Of a stretch of DNA of 64,000 nt, positions 28,811 through 36,312 are shown one piece after another. Origin of the DNA: an uncultured virus (IMG/VR IMGVR_UViG_3300041955_000566). Its lineage: Duplodnaviria > Heunggongvirae > Uroviricota > Caudoviricetes. The stretch's first letter is position 1; each line of letters opens with the position of its first letter. The stretch lies in the IMG/VR virus record IMGVR_UViG_3300041955_000566, one strand, 5' to 3'. The notes below the pieces were generated by a model, which saw nothing but the letters and a program-made list of their open reading frames with translations, did not search any database and was not told where the DNA came from. Both the position numbers and the translations under genes were made by a program.

Positions 28811-29613
28811 TATGAAAATCCCTTAACAATACTTTTACTGACGCATCTGCACCGCGGCAATTCTCCAGGAAAAATGAATCTTTTGACCTTTGGATCTGGA
28901 TCATACCATCCTTGCTTTACATCGTATGACTTCCCGCTATTTGCCACGTGTGTTCGGCGAGGAGATTTTCCTCCGTGACTATGAAGCCATATTGCACGGG
29001 TGATTCCAACTTCGATTTGCCTCACCCTTGTAAATGCCGCCGTGGCTTTGTTGTTTTGATCCAACGATATAAAGGCCGCTCGACGCCTTGTGACCCCATA
29101 CTGTTCTTGAAGTTCTTTCGCCAGCGAACCGACATCGCGTCCGGCTGTAACGCTGCGCATCACCGCACCCTGCACGTTTGTTAAATATTGTTCGGGGATG
29201 CTTTTTATCAACTGCACGTTTTGTTCAACTGTGGCCTTCAAAATATCGCGCATGGCTGGGGTAAGTTTGAAATCAACTGTAAAGCCTGCTTTTTTCAAGA
29301 TGGCCCTGAGAGCAGCATCAGATCGCTTGGACGCCGACTTGGCAAAATAAGCAGCAAGCTCTGGCGCACCCTCTCTAAACCGTTTCCGCCATCGCTTGGC
29401 TAATTCTTCGATCGCAGCCTGAAGTTCTGCCGCCGGAGTGGCATCTTGCGCGATTGCAGGCTCATTTTTTTTGTAGGCAGCTTTGATAAAATACTCAAAA
29501 CTATTTGCCATTTCATCTACAAGGTCGCGGAGCTTCTTCCTAAACTCGGCTTCAATGCCAGCATTAGGATGGACGGCTGGGAGTATTTTTTCATTGCGGC
29601 GACGTGAAGCCAT
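28810..29613 (-). CDS. Phage head morphogenesis protein (MuF/SPP1 gp7)
   Basis: NVQLIKSIP, RAAFISLDQNNK, W.HS...R.TH, PGELPRCRC. Confidence 0.9.
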   Translation of the reverse strand: MASRRRNEKILPAVHPNAGIEAEFRKKLRDLVDEMANSFEYFIKAAYKKNEPAIAQDATPAAELQAAIEELAKRWRKRFREGAPELAAYFAKSASKRSDAALRAILKKAGFTVDFKLTPAMRDILKATVEQNVQLIKSIPEQYLTNVQGAVMRSVTAGRDVGSLAKELQEQYGVTRRRAAFISLDQNNKATAAFTRVRQIEVGITRAIWLHSHGGKSPRRTHVANSGKSYDVKQGWYDPDPKVKRFIFPGELPRCRCVSKSIVKGFS

Positions 29614-29660
29614 CAGGCTTTATAGCCTATTCAGACGATTTCTGTCTTGCCCTTTGAACA

Positions 29661-31004
29661 TCAATCCTTGAAAGGATCGAACTCGCCATCGCCAGCCATC
29701 GCCACGGCGAACGGTCGAAGTGTGTGGAGAACTTTGATTGAGCTGGCGTGGCAGGCCAAGACCTCCGGTAGCCTGCGATAGGCCATCGGGCTCTCATCAA
29801 GATCTGCGCCGACAAGAGTGACGTTGCGGCGTATCAGCCATGCATCCATCTCCGTCTTTTTGAACCGTCGCTTCGCTTCTTTTCGACCGAATAGTCGACC
29901 AGCACCGTGAACTGTCGAGTAGAGCGAGGCCCTCGCCTCCAGACTGTCGATGCCTTCGATGATGACGGCATCGTCTCCCATTGAGCCTCCGACAAAACCG
30001 CGCTGGCCGGGGAAGGCTGGTGTCGCACCTTTGCGAATTACCCACAGATCGCGACCGCCATGCGTCTCGCGCCAAGCATAGTTATGATGGTTGTGTACCA
30101 TATCAGTGACGGTTCCACCGATAATTTTGCGGACGCGTTCGACTACCCATTCGCGGCCGGCATAAGCGTAGCGACCGGCGAGTTCCATCGCGGCGATATA
30201 ACGGCGTCCGATCTCGCTGTCCTCGTCAATGATGGCTGGCGGAACGTTCATGCCATCCTTGCCGCCAGCAGCCTTAAGATATTTGGTCGCGCTGGTGTGA
30301 CCCAGTCCGCGCGATCCGAAGTGGACGCCGATCCAAACGAATCCGGCCTCGTCGCGCATTATGTCGACGTAGTGATTGCCGGAGCCAACGGTCCCGAGTT
30401 GTGCAGCCGCCCTTGAGCGGTAGTCTTCTCTGTCAGATGTACGCCATGCCTCTACATCATCGAGAAGTTCGTGCTCAACACGCTCATCGTTGGTTCGGCC
30501 AATGCCGAATGAAATGATCCGCTGGACGTCCCTGATGATCGGTCCGATATGATCATGAATGTCAGCAAATGGTGTGTCGAGCCGAACGGCCATATTTCCG
30601 CATCCGATATCAAATCCGACCCCGGAAATGCTGATCTGTTTTTCATAGGCAATTACGCCGCCGACCGGTTGAGCATAACCAAGGTGGCCGTCAGCGCAAA
30701 TCACACCAGCCACAGCATTGCCGACGCTCATACAATTGCGCATCTGCATCAGCGTGTTTTCATCATGCTCTCCAAATACCTTGAGCGGACTGTTCTGGTA
30801 TTGGTGTGCCTGCGGAGCGATGGTCGGCAAAGAGGCCGCAAGTTCGGCGGCTTCCTTGCCCGCATGTTCCTTGCGAGCGGCATCGCGGAATGTACACCAA
30901 GCCGGCATTCCCCTGCCTTCGCCGAGGCGCCCATCCGGATCGTGACCGGCGATGCGCGCTAATTCGCGAGCGCGAGCCTGATATGGATCTGATCTTTGAT
31001 TCAT
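29661..31004 (-). CDS. rtcB: RtcB RNA ligase with an N-terminal extension
   Basis: ADGHLG..QPVGG, GFDIGCG, LGTVGSGNHY, HFGSRG, HHN, RKGAT, HGAGR, DESP.AY. Confidence 0.95.
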   Translation of the reverse strand: MNQRSDPYQARARELARIAGHDPDGRLGEGRGMPAWCTFRDAARKEHAGKEAAELAASLPTIAPQAHQYQNSPLKVFGEHDENTLMQMRNCMSVGNAVAGVICADGHLGYAQPVGGVIAYEKQISISGVGFDIGCGNMAVRLDTPFADIHDHIGPIIRDVQRIISFGIGRTNDERVEHELLDDVEAWRTSDREDYRSRAAAQLGTVGSGNHYVDIMRDEAGFVWIGVHFGSRGLGHTSATKYLKAAGGKDGMNVPPAIIDEDSEIGRRYIAAMELAGRYAYAGREWVVERVRKIIGGTVTDMVHNHHNYAWRETHGGRDLWVIRKGATPAFPGQRGFVGGSMGDDAVIIEGIDSLEARASLYSTVHGAGRLFGRKEAKRRFKKTEMDAWLIRRNVTLVGADLDESPMAYRRLPEVLACHASSIKVLHTLRPFAVAMAGDGEFDPFKD

Positions 31005-31064
31005 GATTGGATTCTCTCCTACGCACTTCACATACATTTCGTCATCGTGAACATCCAGATGATT

Positions 31065-31084
31065 ATCTTTAAATCAACTTGATT
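31065..31084. promoter_or_regulatory. 20-bp site containing the palindrome AATCAAcTTGATT (copy 1, upstream of rtcB)
   Basis: 19/20 identical to 45475-45494. Confidence 0.55.
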
Positions 31085-31093
31085 ATTTTAAGA

Positions 31094-31168
31094 TGGCGAG
31101 GGAGCCAAGATTTGAACTTGGATCGCAAGGTTTTGGAGACCTGCATTCTACCGTTGAAATACACCCCC
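31094..31168 (-). tRNA. trnW: tRNA-Trp(CCA)
   Basis: Manual cloverleaf; encoded CCA end. Confidence 0.9.
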
Positions 31169-31172
31169 GAAT

Positions 31173-31249
31173 TGGCACTGGCGTGGTGAGTCGAACACCT
31201 TAGAGCGCGGTTCACAGCCGTCTCGCGGATACCCTCCGCTAACGCCAGC
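31173..31249 (-). tRNA. trnH: tRNA-His(GTG), no encoded G-1
   Basis: Manual cloverleaf; loop CT-GTG-AA. Confidence 0.85.
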
Positions 31250-31255
31250 ATGAAA

Positions 31256-31329
31256 TGGTAGCGGTCCCCGGTGATGATCCGGGCAAACGGTCCTTATGAG
31301 AGACCATCGCGCACCAGCGCGCGACCGCT
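31256..31329 (-). tRNA. tRNA(CAT), atypical, probably elongator Met
   Basis: GGTCT-CTCATAA-GGACC; short D loop. Confidence 0.75.
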
Positions 31330-31333
31330 GTAT

Positions 31334-31407
31334 TGGCAGCCGGTGAAGGAATCGAACCCTCGTAGGTGCCTTCAAAGGGCACCGTCCTGCCACTGAACGA
31401 ACCGGCC
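31334..31407 (-). tRNA. trnQ: tRNA-Gln(TTG)
   Basis: Manual cloverleaf; CCA. Confidence 0.9.
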
Positions 31408-31411
31408 GTAT

Positions 31412-31486
31412 TGGCACGCCCTGCCGGTGCTGACCCGGCTTCTTCGGGATGAAGGCCCGATATCCTAGCTGGTAGACGAAGGGCGC
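31412..31486 (-). tRNA. trnE: tRNA-Glu(TTC)
   Basis: Manual cloverleaf; atypical T loop GTCAGCA. Confidence 0.85.
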
Positions 31487-31493
31487 ATAAAAT

Positions 31494-31567
31494 TGGTGCG
31501 GGCTGCGAGTGCTGCCCTCGCGACCTCGGTTTGGAAGACCGATACGTTGCTGTTACGCCAAGCCCGC
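31494..31567 (-). tRNA. trnG: tRNA-Gly(TCC)
   Basis: Manual cloverleaf; atypical T loop GGCAGCA. Confidence 0.82.
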
Positions 31568-31568
31568 G

Positions 31569-31652
31569 CGGAGAGTTGAGAGCACGATTCCCATGCCACG
31601 AAGGCACCAACGGTTTAGCAAACCGCGTCCGCACCTAGCGGATTAACTCTCC
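31569..31652 (-). tRNA. trnS: tRNA-Ser(GCT), no encoded CCA
   Basis: Long variable arm; 1 nt from the next tRNA. Confidence 0.82.
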
Positions 31653-31656
31653 GTAT

Positions 31657-31733
31657 TGGCCTTGCCGGGACGACTCGAACGCCCACGCAACCGCTTAGGA
31701 GGCGGTGGCTCTATCCAGTTGAGCTACGGCAAG
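31657..31733 (-). tRNA. trnR: tRNA-Arg(CCT)
   Basis: Manual cloverleaf; CCA. Confidence 0.9.
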
Positions 31734-31765
31734 AATTATAATGGCATTTAAATGCCATTATAATT
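31734..31765. repeat. Perfect 32-bp AT-rich palindrome
   Basis: AATTATAATGGCATTT|AAATGCCATTATAATT. Confidence 0.95.
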
Positions 31766-31838
31766 GGCGGCCTTGCGAGGACTCGAACCTCGATCCCACG
31801 CTTAGAAGGCGCGGCTTTATCCCGTTAAGTACAAGGCC
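31765..31838 (-). tRNA. trnR: tRNA-Arg(TCT)
   Basis: Manual cloverleaf; CCA. Confidence 0.9.
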
Positions 31839-31843
31839 GTGTT

Positions 31844-31917
31844 TGGAGACGACGGCAGGATTTTAACCTGCGTGGGTTGGGTTGCAGCCAACAGCCTAGT
31901 CATTCGGCCACGTCGTC
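31844..31917 (-). tRNA. trnC: tRNA-Cys(GCA)
   Basis: Manual cloverleaf; U73. Confidence 0.88.
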
Positions 31918-31922
31918 ATAAC

Positions 31923-31996
31923 TGGCACCCCTTGATGGAATCAAACCACCGTCAGCACGTTCAGAGCGTGCGGTCCTATCATTGAACGAAAGGGGT
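31923..31996 (-). tRNA. trnQ: tRNA-Gln(CTG)
   Basis: Manual cloverleaf; CCA. Confidence 0.9.
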
Positions 31997-31998
31997 AT

Positions 31999-32075
31999 TG
32001 GTCAGGGAGGCGGGCTTCGATCCCGCGATCTCTTGCTTCCAAGGCAAGCGGATTACCAAGCTTTCCCACTCCCTG
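31999..32075 (-). tRNA. trnP: tRNA-Pro(TGG)
   Basis: Manual cloverleaf; CCA. Confidence 0.9.
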
Positions 32076-32079
32076 TTAT

Positions 32080-32156
32080 TGGCGATCTACCGAGGACTCG
32101 AACCCCGACCTGACTGATTCGTAGTCAGCCGCTCTATCCAGTTAAGCTAGTAGACC
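32080..32156 (-). tRNA. trnR: tRNA-Arg(ACG)
   Basis: Manual cloverleaf; CCA. Confidence 0.9.
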
Positions 32157-32160
32157 GTAT

Positions 32161-32234
32161 TGGCACCGCCTACGGGTTTCGATCCCGTCTTTCCGCTGTG
32201 AGAGAGCGGTGTCCTGCCAATAGACGAAGGCGGC
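32161..32234 (-). tRNA. trnE: tRNA-Glu(CTC)
   Basis: Manual cloverleaf; CCA. Confidence 0.9.
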
Positions 32235-32237
32235 AAA

Positions 32238-32311
32238 TGGCTCCCCTTCGTGGAATCGAACCACGATTGACCGATTAACAGTCGGGTATCCTACCGTTGG
32301 ACGAAAGGGGA
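32238..32311 (-). tRNA. trnN: tRNA-Asn(GTT)
   Basis: Manual cloverleaf; CCA. Confidence 0.9.
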
Positions 32312-32353
32312 ATTAACTTGAATTGCGCAATCTAACTATGTTACACTTGGTTT

Positions 32354-32929
32354 ATGAAGATCGAAAAGAAATGTCTCCGTTGTAACAAACCGTTCATCAC
32401 GGAAACAAAATACATAAAGCGTGGACATGGAAAATATTGCTCACAAGATTGCGCACACAAGTCAAAATTAAAAAAGGTTCACAAACCAAACACTACTTGC
32501 GCTCAATGTGGCAACACATTCTATCGACCACCTTCTCACCTAAAGAAAAGCAAAAGTGGTTATTTGTTTTGTTGCCGCGCTTGCAAAGATCAAGCTCAGC
32601 AAGCTGGCGGTATTGTTGATATTAGACCTAAACTTTATACTGGACGTAGTTCCTACCGACAGATTGCCAGACGGGCACACGGAAAAGTATGTATTGCATG
32701 TGGATATGATCGTAGTAATCGCGTACTGCAGGTCCATCACATCGATAAAAATAAACACAATCATTCGCCAGAAAATTTAGCCGTCCTTTGCCCAACATGC
32801 CATCGTGAAATTCATGCCGGTATCCGCATGGCAACGCGCCCATTTGAACTAATTGGTGGAGAAACGCAGAATCGAACTGCGAACGACAGCCGTGCAAAGG
32901 GTGTCTGTGTCCCAACACTTTCCCCGTGA
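32354..32929 (+). CDS. HNH homing endonuclease with Zn-finger repeats, antisense to the tRNA array
   Basis: CxxC repeats; LQVHHID..K.NH..ENLAVLCPTCH; 3' end overlaps tRNA-Ala. Confidence 0.88.
   Translation: MKIEKKCLRCNKPFITETKYIKRGHGKYCSQDCAHKSKLKKVHKPNTTCAQCGNTFYRPPSHLKKSKSGYLFCCRACKDQAQQAGGIVDIRPKLYTGRSSYRQIARRAHGKVCIACGYDRSNRVLQVHHIDKNKHNHSPENLAVLCPTCHREIHAGIRMATRPFELIGGETQNRTANDSRAKGVCVPTLSP
32854..32925 (-). tRNA. trnA: tRNA-Ala(TGC) with a short D arm
   Basis: G3:U70 retained; 72 nt. Confidence 0.75.
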
Positions 32930-32932
32930 GAA

Positions 32933-33008
32933 TGGTGCCTGATCGTGGTTTCGATCCACGCTCTCTGCGTCTTCAGCGCAGCGCTTTCACCAGATTAGCT
33001 TATCAGGC
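32933..33008 (-). tRNA. trnF: tRNA-Phe(GAA)
   Basis: Manual cloverleaf; CCA. Confidence 0.9.
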
Positions 33009-33012
33009 GGAT

Positions 33013-33086
33013 TGGAGCGGCCAGCCGGTAACGATCCGGCGTCTTCTGCTTGGCAAGCAGAAACTCTACCTTTGAGCTATGGCCGC
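33013..33086 (-). tRNA. trnG: tRNA-Gly(GCC)
   Basis: Manual cloverleaf; U73. Confidence 0.9.
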
Positions 33087-33087
33087 A

Positions 33088-33171
33088 TGGTGGGTAGGGA
33101 CGGAGTTGAACCGCCACGGTCTAAGACGTCGCGTTTACAGCGCGGTGAGCCCGCCAATGCTCAGCCTACCC
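33088..33171 (-). tRNA. trnY: tRNA-Tyr(GTA)
   Basis: Cloverleaf with variable arm. Confidence 0.9.
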
Positions 33172-33175
33172 GAAT

Positions 33176-33250
33176 TGGAAGCGGGAGCCGGACTTGCACC
33201 GACGACCTTCTGGTTATGAGCCAGACGAGCTGCTGCTGCTCCATCCCGCA
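33176..33250 (-). tRNA. tRNA-fMet-like (CAT)
   Basis: TGCGGGATGGAGCAG...AGCTCGTC body; 1:72 mismatch. Confidence 0.8.
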
Positions 33251-33270
33251 AGCTTTACTGTAGCATGAAA

Positions 33271-33359
33271 TGGCGGAAAGCCGAGGTCTCGATCCCCAAT
33301 GCCTTGCGGCATCCATCCCGCTTCGAACGGGCGGCCGGCGCTTGCCGACTTGACTTTCC
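33271..33359 (-). tRNA. trnS: tRNA-Ser(CGA)
   Basis: Long V arm; G73. Confidence 0.88.
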
Positions 33360-33363
33360 ATAA

Positions 33364-33450
33364 TGGCGGAAGGCTGAGGTCTTGATCCCCGACGCTGTTG
33401 CGCCGCTTCGCTTTCCAAGCGAGCCCGCCGTCCCCGGCGGTTAACCTTCC
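33364..33450 (-). tRNA. trnS: tRNA-Ser(GGA)
   Basis: Long V arm; G73. Confidence 0.88.
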
Positions 33451-33454
33451 GTAT

Positions 33455-33539
33455 TGGCGGATGGCCGAAGTGTCGATCTCCACACCTTTCGGTGCCACGA
33501 GTATTCAAAGCTCGCTGCCGGGCCGCCGGCTGACCATCC
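33455..33539 (-). tRNA. trnS: tRNA-Ser(TGA)
   Basis: Long V arm; G73. Confidence 0.88.
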
Positions 33540-33544
33540 ATTAT

Positions 33545-33621
33545 TGGCCGTCTCTCGGGAATTCGAATCCCGATCTCCCGCCTTCGGAGGGCGGCGCTCT
33601 TTCCGGTTGAGCTAAGAGACG
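33545..33621 (-). tRNA. trnR: tRNA-Arg(CCG)
   Basis: Manual cloverleaf; CCA. Confidence 0.9.
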
Positions 33622-33953
33622 TTTGTCTTGAACTTACTCAATCGCCGGATCGTTCCGATCAGGCTGTCATCGACGAGGATGCCTGGCGGTTTCAGTGTTG
33701 CCCCATCCATCGCCTGGTAAAGCGCGCAGAGCAGGTTGTCGTAATCCGGCGAGCAGGGATCGATAAAATGCACGGCCAGGTCGACCGTGGTGTCGATCGG
33801 GATATGAATACCGGCGGCGATGCAGGCCTTCCGGATCTCTTCTCGGTACTGCTGAATCATCTTGACGTGCATGCGCCGATGCGGGGCACCGTGGATGATC
33901 AAGTGAAACGTGGCCGGCACCGTGGTGCCATCCATCTTGGCTATGACGCGCAT
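33612..33953 (-). CDS. RusA-like Holliday junction resolvase
   Basis: GGAGGAG RBS; PDYDNL...D...GILVDD..I acidic motifs. Confidence 0.7.
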   Translation of the reverse strand: MRVIAKMDGTTVPATFHLIIHGAPHRRMHVKMIQQYREEIRKACIAAGIHIPIDTTVDLAVHFIDPCSPDYDNLLCALYQAMDGATLKPPGILVDDSLIGTIRRLSKFKTNVS

Positions 33954-33966
33954 GCTCTCCTCCTGG

Positions 33967-34042
33967 TGGTGCCAGCGGCGAGGACTCGAACCCGCACCCC
34001 AACCGTTATGAGCGATCGGCTCCACCTTTGAGCTACGCTGGC
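33967..34042 (-). tRNA. tRNA-Ile2-like (CAT)
   Basis: GAGCCGATCG-CTCATAA-CGGTT resembles lysidine-type Ile tRNAs. Confidence 0.8.
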
Positions 34043-34046
34043 GAAA

Positions 34047-34124
34047 TGGTCAGGGCAGGAGGATTTGAACCTCCGCTCGCTCCGTCCGAGGGAGCGCGAC
34101 TGAGCCAGACTATCTTATGCCCTG
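34047..34124 (-). tRNA. trnP: tRNA-Pro(CGG)
   Basis: Manual cloverleaf; CCA. Confidence 0.88.
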
Positions 34125-34127
34125 TAA

Positions 34128-34202
34128 TGGCGCGGACTGGGAGAATCGAACTCCCGACTGGATGATCGACAATCATCTGATCTGCCACTGATCTAAGCCC
34201 GC
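34128..34202 (-). tRNA. trnD: tRNA-Asp(GTC)
   Basis: Manual cloverleaf; G73. Confidence 0.88.
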
Positions 34203-34204
34203 AT

Positions 34205-34281
34205 TGGTGCGCGCAGGAGAACTCGAATCTCCACACACAACGTTCTCAACGTTGCGGCTTTACCGATTTGCCTATGCGCGC
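34205..34281 (-). tRNA. trnL: tRNA-Leu(GAG), short variable region
   Basis: 77 nt; A73. Confidence 0.85.
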
Positions 34282-34285
34282 GATT

Positions 34286-34361
34286 TGGCGAACGCTCCCG
34301 GAGTTGAACCGGGGACCACCGACTTAAGAGGACGGCGCTCTACCTGCTGAGCTAAGCGTCC
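34286..34361 (-). tRNA. trnK: tRNA-Lys(CTT)
   Basis: Manual cloverleaf; CCA. Confidence 0.88.
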
Positions 34362-35002
34362 GAAGGAACCCAGTCTAATTTGTTTGACTTCCGCCGATTA
34401 TCCAACTTCGGAAGATATTGAAGATTGTTTTGGTGATGCTGGCCACCGCGAGAGATCGGTATTTTATGATCTACCTCATGACCGACTGGGCAGTTCGCAT
34501 AGAACGTTGCAATCTTCTCTGGATCAGCATCTGCTGGCGTTTGCTGTAGGCGCTTTGCTTGATACCGGCGAACCGCCAGCAATGTTTTAAGTCGGCGCTT
34601 TTTTATCCGTTCTTCAGTCAGCGGTTTTTTGCTCGCCTCATGTGCACATGCTTGCGAACAATAGAAACGGTTTCTGTGTTCAGCGCCGCACCACAAGCAC
34701 GGCTTCGGCATGTTCCTGCCGGGCACCCCATGCCTGTTGATGCCACGGTTCATAACTTTCGCTCGACAACTGAGCGAACAGAATTGCTGCTGACCCTTGT
34801 GTAGCGCGGTGTCGCAATTCTTGCATTTACCGCGATCTTTAGTTTTGCACCCACGCTCAGGAACGTAGACGCCAGCCGCGATAAGCCTTTTTTGGATGCC
34901 TACTTTGGACATACCGAATAGTTTCGACAGCCGCTTAAGGCCGAGGCCGCTCTGGTATGATGCGGCCAATTCTGATGTGTCGATGTCAGCGCGCCTTTTC
35001 AT
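34352..35002 (-). CDS. HNH homing endonuclease (HTH + Zn fingers + HNH)
   Basis: HEVDHKIPISRGGQHHQNNLQYL...N..KSN; leaderless start. Confidence 0.88.
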   Translation of the reverse strand: MKRRADIDTSELAASYQSGLGLKRLSKLFGMSKVGIQKRLIAAGVYVPERGCKTKDRGKCKNCDTALHKGQQQFCSLSCRAKVMNRGINRHGVPGRNMPKPCLWCGAEHRNRFYCSQACAHEASKKPLTEERIKKRRLKTLLAVRRYQAKRLQQTPADADPEKIATFYANCPVGHEVDHKIPISRGGQHHQNNLQYLPKLDNRRKSNKLDWVPSDA

Positions 35003-35022
35003 GCGTGAAGTATAGCATAATT

Positions 35023-35109
35023 TGGCGGACCCGGTAGGACTCGAACCTACGGTGGCCTTTCGGCACGAGATTAAAAGTCTCGCCTCCTCGCCGCTAGAGT
35101 GACGGGTCC
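35023..35109 (-). tRNA. tRNA with Lys(TTT) anticodon and a long variable arm
   Basis: CGAGA-CTTTTAA-TCTCG followed by TGCCGAAAGGCCACC; 87 nt. Confidence 0.85.
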
Positions 35110-35156
35110 GTGACCCGTTTGCTTCCGGCACTCATCGTTTGTGTTCCTTTCGGTGT

Positions 35157-35233
35157 TGGTGGGCCAGGCGGGCATTGCTCCCGCGACCTTCCGCTTATCG
35201 GGCGGACGCTCTTCATTGCTGAGCTACTGGCCG
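35157..35233 (-). tRNA. trnI: tRNA-Ile(GAT)
   Basis: Cloverleaf; C1:C72 mismatch; T loop AGCAATG. Confidence 0.8.
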
Positions 35234-35237
35234 TCAA

Positions 35238-35312
35238 TGGTGCGTCTTGGGTTAATCGAAAACCCGACCTTCGCCGTGTCGAGGCGATGCTCTGCCGCTG
35301 AGCTAAAGACGC
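35238..35312 (-). tRNA. trnV: tRNA-Val(GAC)
   Basis: Manual cloverleaf; CCA. Confidence 0.88.
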
Positions 35313-35318
35313 GATGAA

Positions 35319-35393
35319 TGGTAGGCGCTGCAGGGATCGAACCCGCGACATTCTCGGTGTAAACGAGAAGCTCTACCGCTGAGCTAAGCGCCC
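35319..35393 (-). tRNA. trnV: tRNA-Val(TAC)
   Basis: Manual cloverleaf; CCA. Confidence 0.9.
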
Positions 35394-35398
35394 GTGGA

Positions 35399-35902
35399 TT
35401 ATGTGCCCTTAAGCTGTTCGTACTTCGCCTCCGCTGCTGCGGCGGCCTCAACGCTCACGGTGCCTTCGATCGGCCCGTCTGTCGCTATCGGCACATCGGC
35501 GCGGCTATCAACGATGCCAACGCCACGAGCGCCAACCTTGCGGTTCTCGTCTTTGTGGACGCGCACCATCTCGTAGCTGATGATGTCGCCCAAGATACCG
35601 ACCCATGTGGCCTCTTCGCATGGCCCATCATGGAGATCATTACCGCGAGCCCAATCCTCGCCGGCGCGCGGCTTGCGAGCCTGCGCGGTGCAACCGAGAT
35701 AGCCGCTCCTGCGACCGGACGACGATGGACCAGCGCTGATCGCGAAACGATGGACCTCGGTGAAGATGTTGATCCGCACGGTCCCGTCGCGCTCGATCGC
35801 GACCAGTTCGACGTCGCGGTCCCATCTCGCGTACCTTCCGAGATCGCGCTCGAACCAACCTTTGAGAATGTTGAGATAATCGTATTTTCCCGGTTCGGCC
35901 AT
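35399..35902 (-). CDS. Hypothetical protein inside the tRNA array
   Basis: AGGAGG RBS; 167 aa; YLGC...RKPRAGEDW.RGNDL.DG looks like a conserved core. Confidence 0.75.
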   Translation of the reverse strand: MAEPGKYDYLNILKGWFERDLGRYARWDRDVELVAIERDGTVRINIFTEVHRFAISAGPSSSGRRSGYLGCTAQARKPRAGEDWARGNDLHDGPCEEATWVGILGDIISYEMVRVHKDENRKVGARGVGIVDSRADVPIATDGPIEGTVSVEAAAAAEAKYEQLKGT

Positions 35903-35967
35903 AACAGCCTCCTTTCGTTCGGGTCATCGACGATGCCGACTATATACCGACGACTGCGAAAGGCAAA

Positions 35968-36054
35968 TGGTGCCAGCCACGAACGTGTGATTTCCGCCAC
36001 GTCGATCTGGCTCTGTCGATGCGCGCCAACGACAGCCACCGGGTTGTCCGGTTT
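35968..36054 (-). ncRNA. Candidate structured RNA ending in CCA (not a cloverleaf)
   Basis: Three hairpins, then ...GGCTGGCACCA; occupies a tRNA-sized slot in the array. Confidence 0.4.
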
Positions 36055-36060
36055 TCGTAT

Positions 36061-36138
36061 TGGTGCTCGCCGCAGGAATCGAACCCGCACTTGAGGAGAT
36101 TTTAAATCTCCCGCCTCTGCCAGTTGGGCTACGCGAGC
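36061..36138 (-). tRNA. trnL: tRNA-Leu(TAA), short variable region
   Basis: Manual cloverleaf; A73. Confidence 0.85.
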
Positions 36139-36139
36139 A

Positions 36140-36216
36140 TGGTGCCCGTGCGAGAAATCGAATCTCGAAACACCTCGTTTTGAAGGAGGCCGCTTTGCCT
36201 GTTTGCGTACACGGGC
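36140..36216 (-). tRNA. trnL: tRNA-Leu(CAA), short variable region
   Basis: Manual cloverleaf; A73. Confidence 0.85.
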
Positions 36217-36221
36217 CGATA

Positions 36222-36306
36222 TGGTGCGAGCGGGGAGATTTGAACTCCCAAAGCTACCCGGTCTGAACGGGCAAGGTGTGCCGATTTCCAATGAAGCCAC
36301 GCTCGC
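36222..36306 (-). tRNA. trnL: tRNA-Leu(CAG), short V region and enlarged D loop
   Basis: 85 nt; the extra length is in the D arm. Confidence 0.8.
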
Positions 36307-36312
36307 ATAATT

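Noticed and set aside
35100..35150. Hammerhead-like string (CGATGAG..GCAAAC-GGGTC/GACCC-GTC) upstream of tRNA(TTT)
   Set aside because: It lacks the CUGANGA and GAAA core and has no stem I; the hairpin mostly reflects similarity to the acceptor stem.
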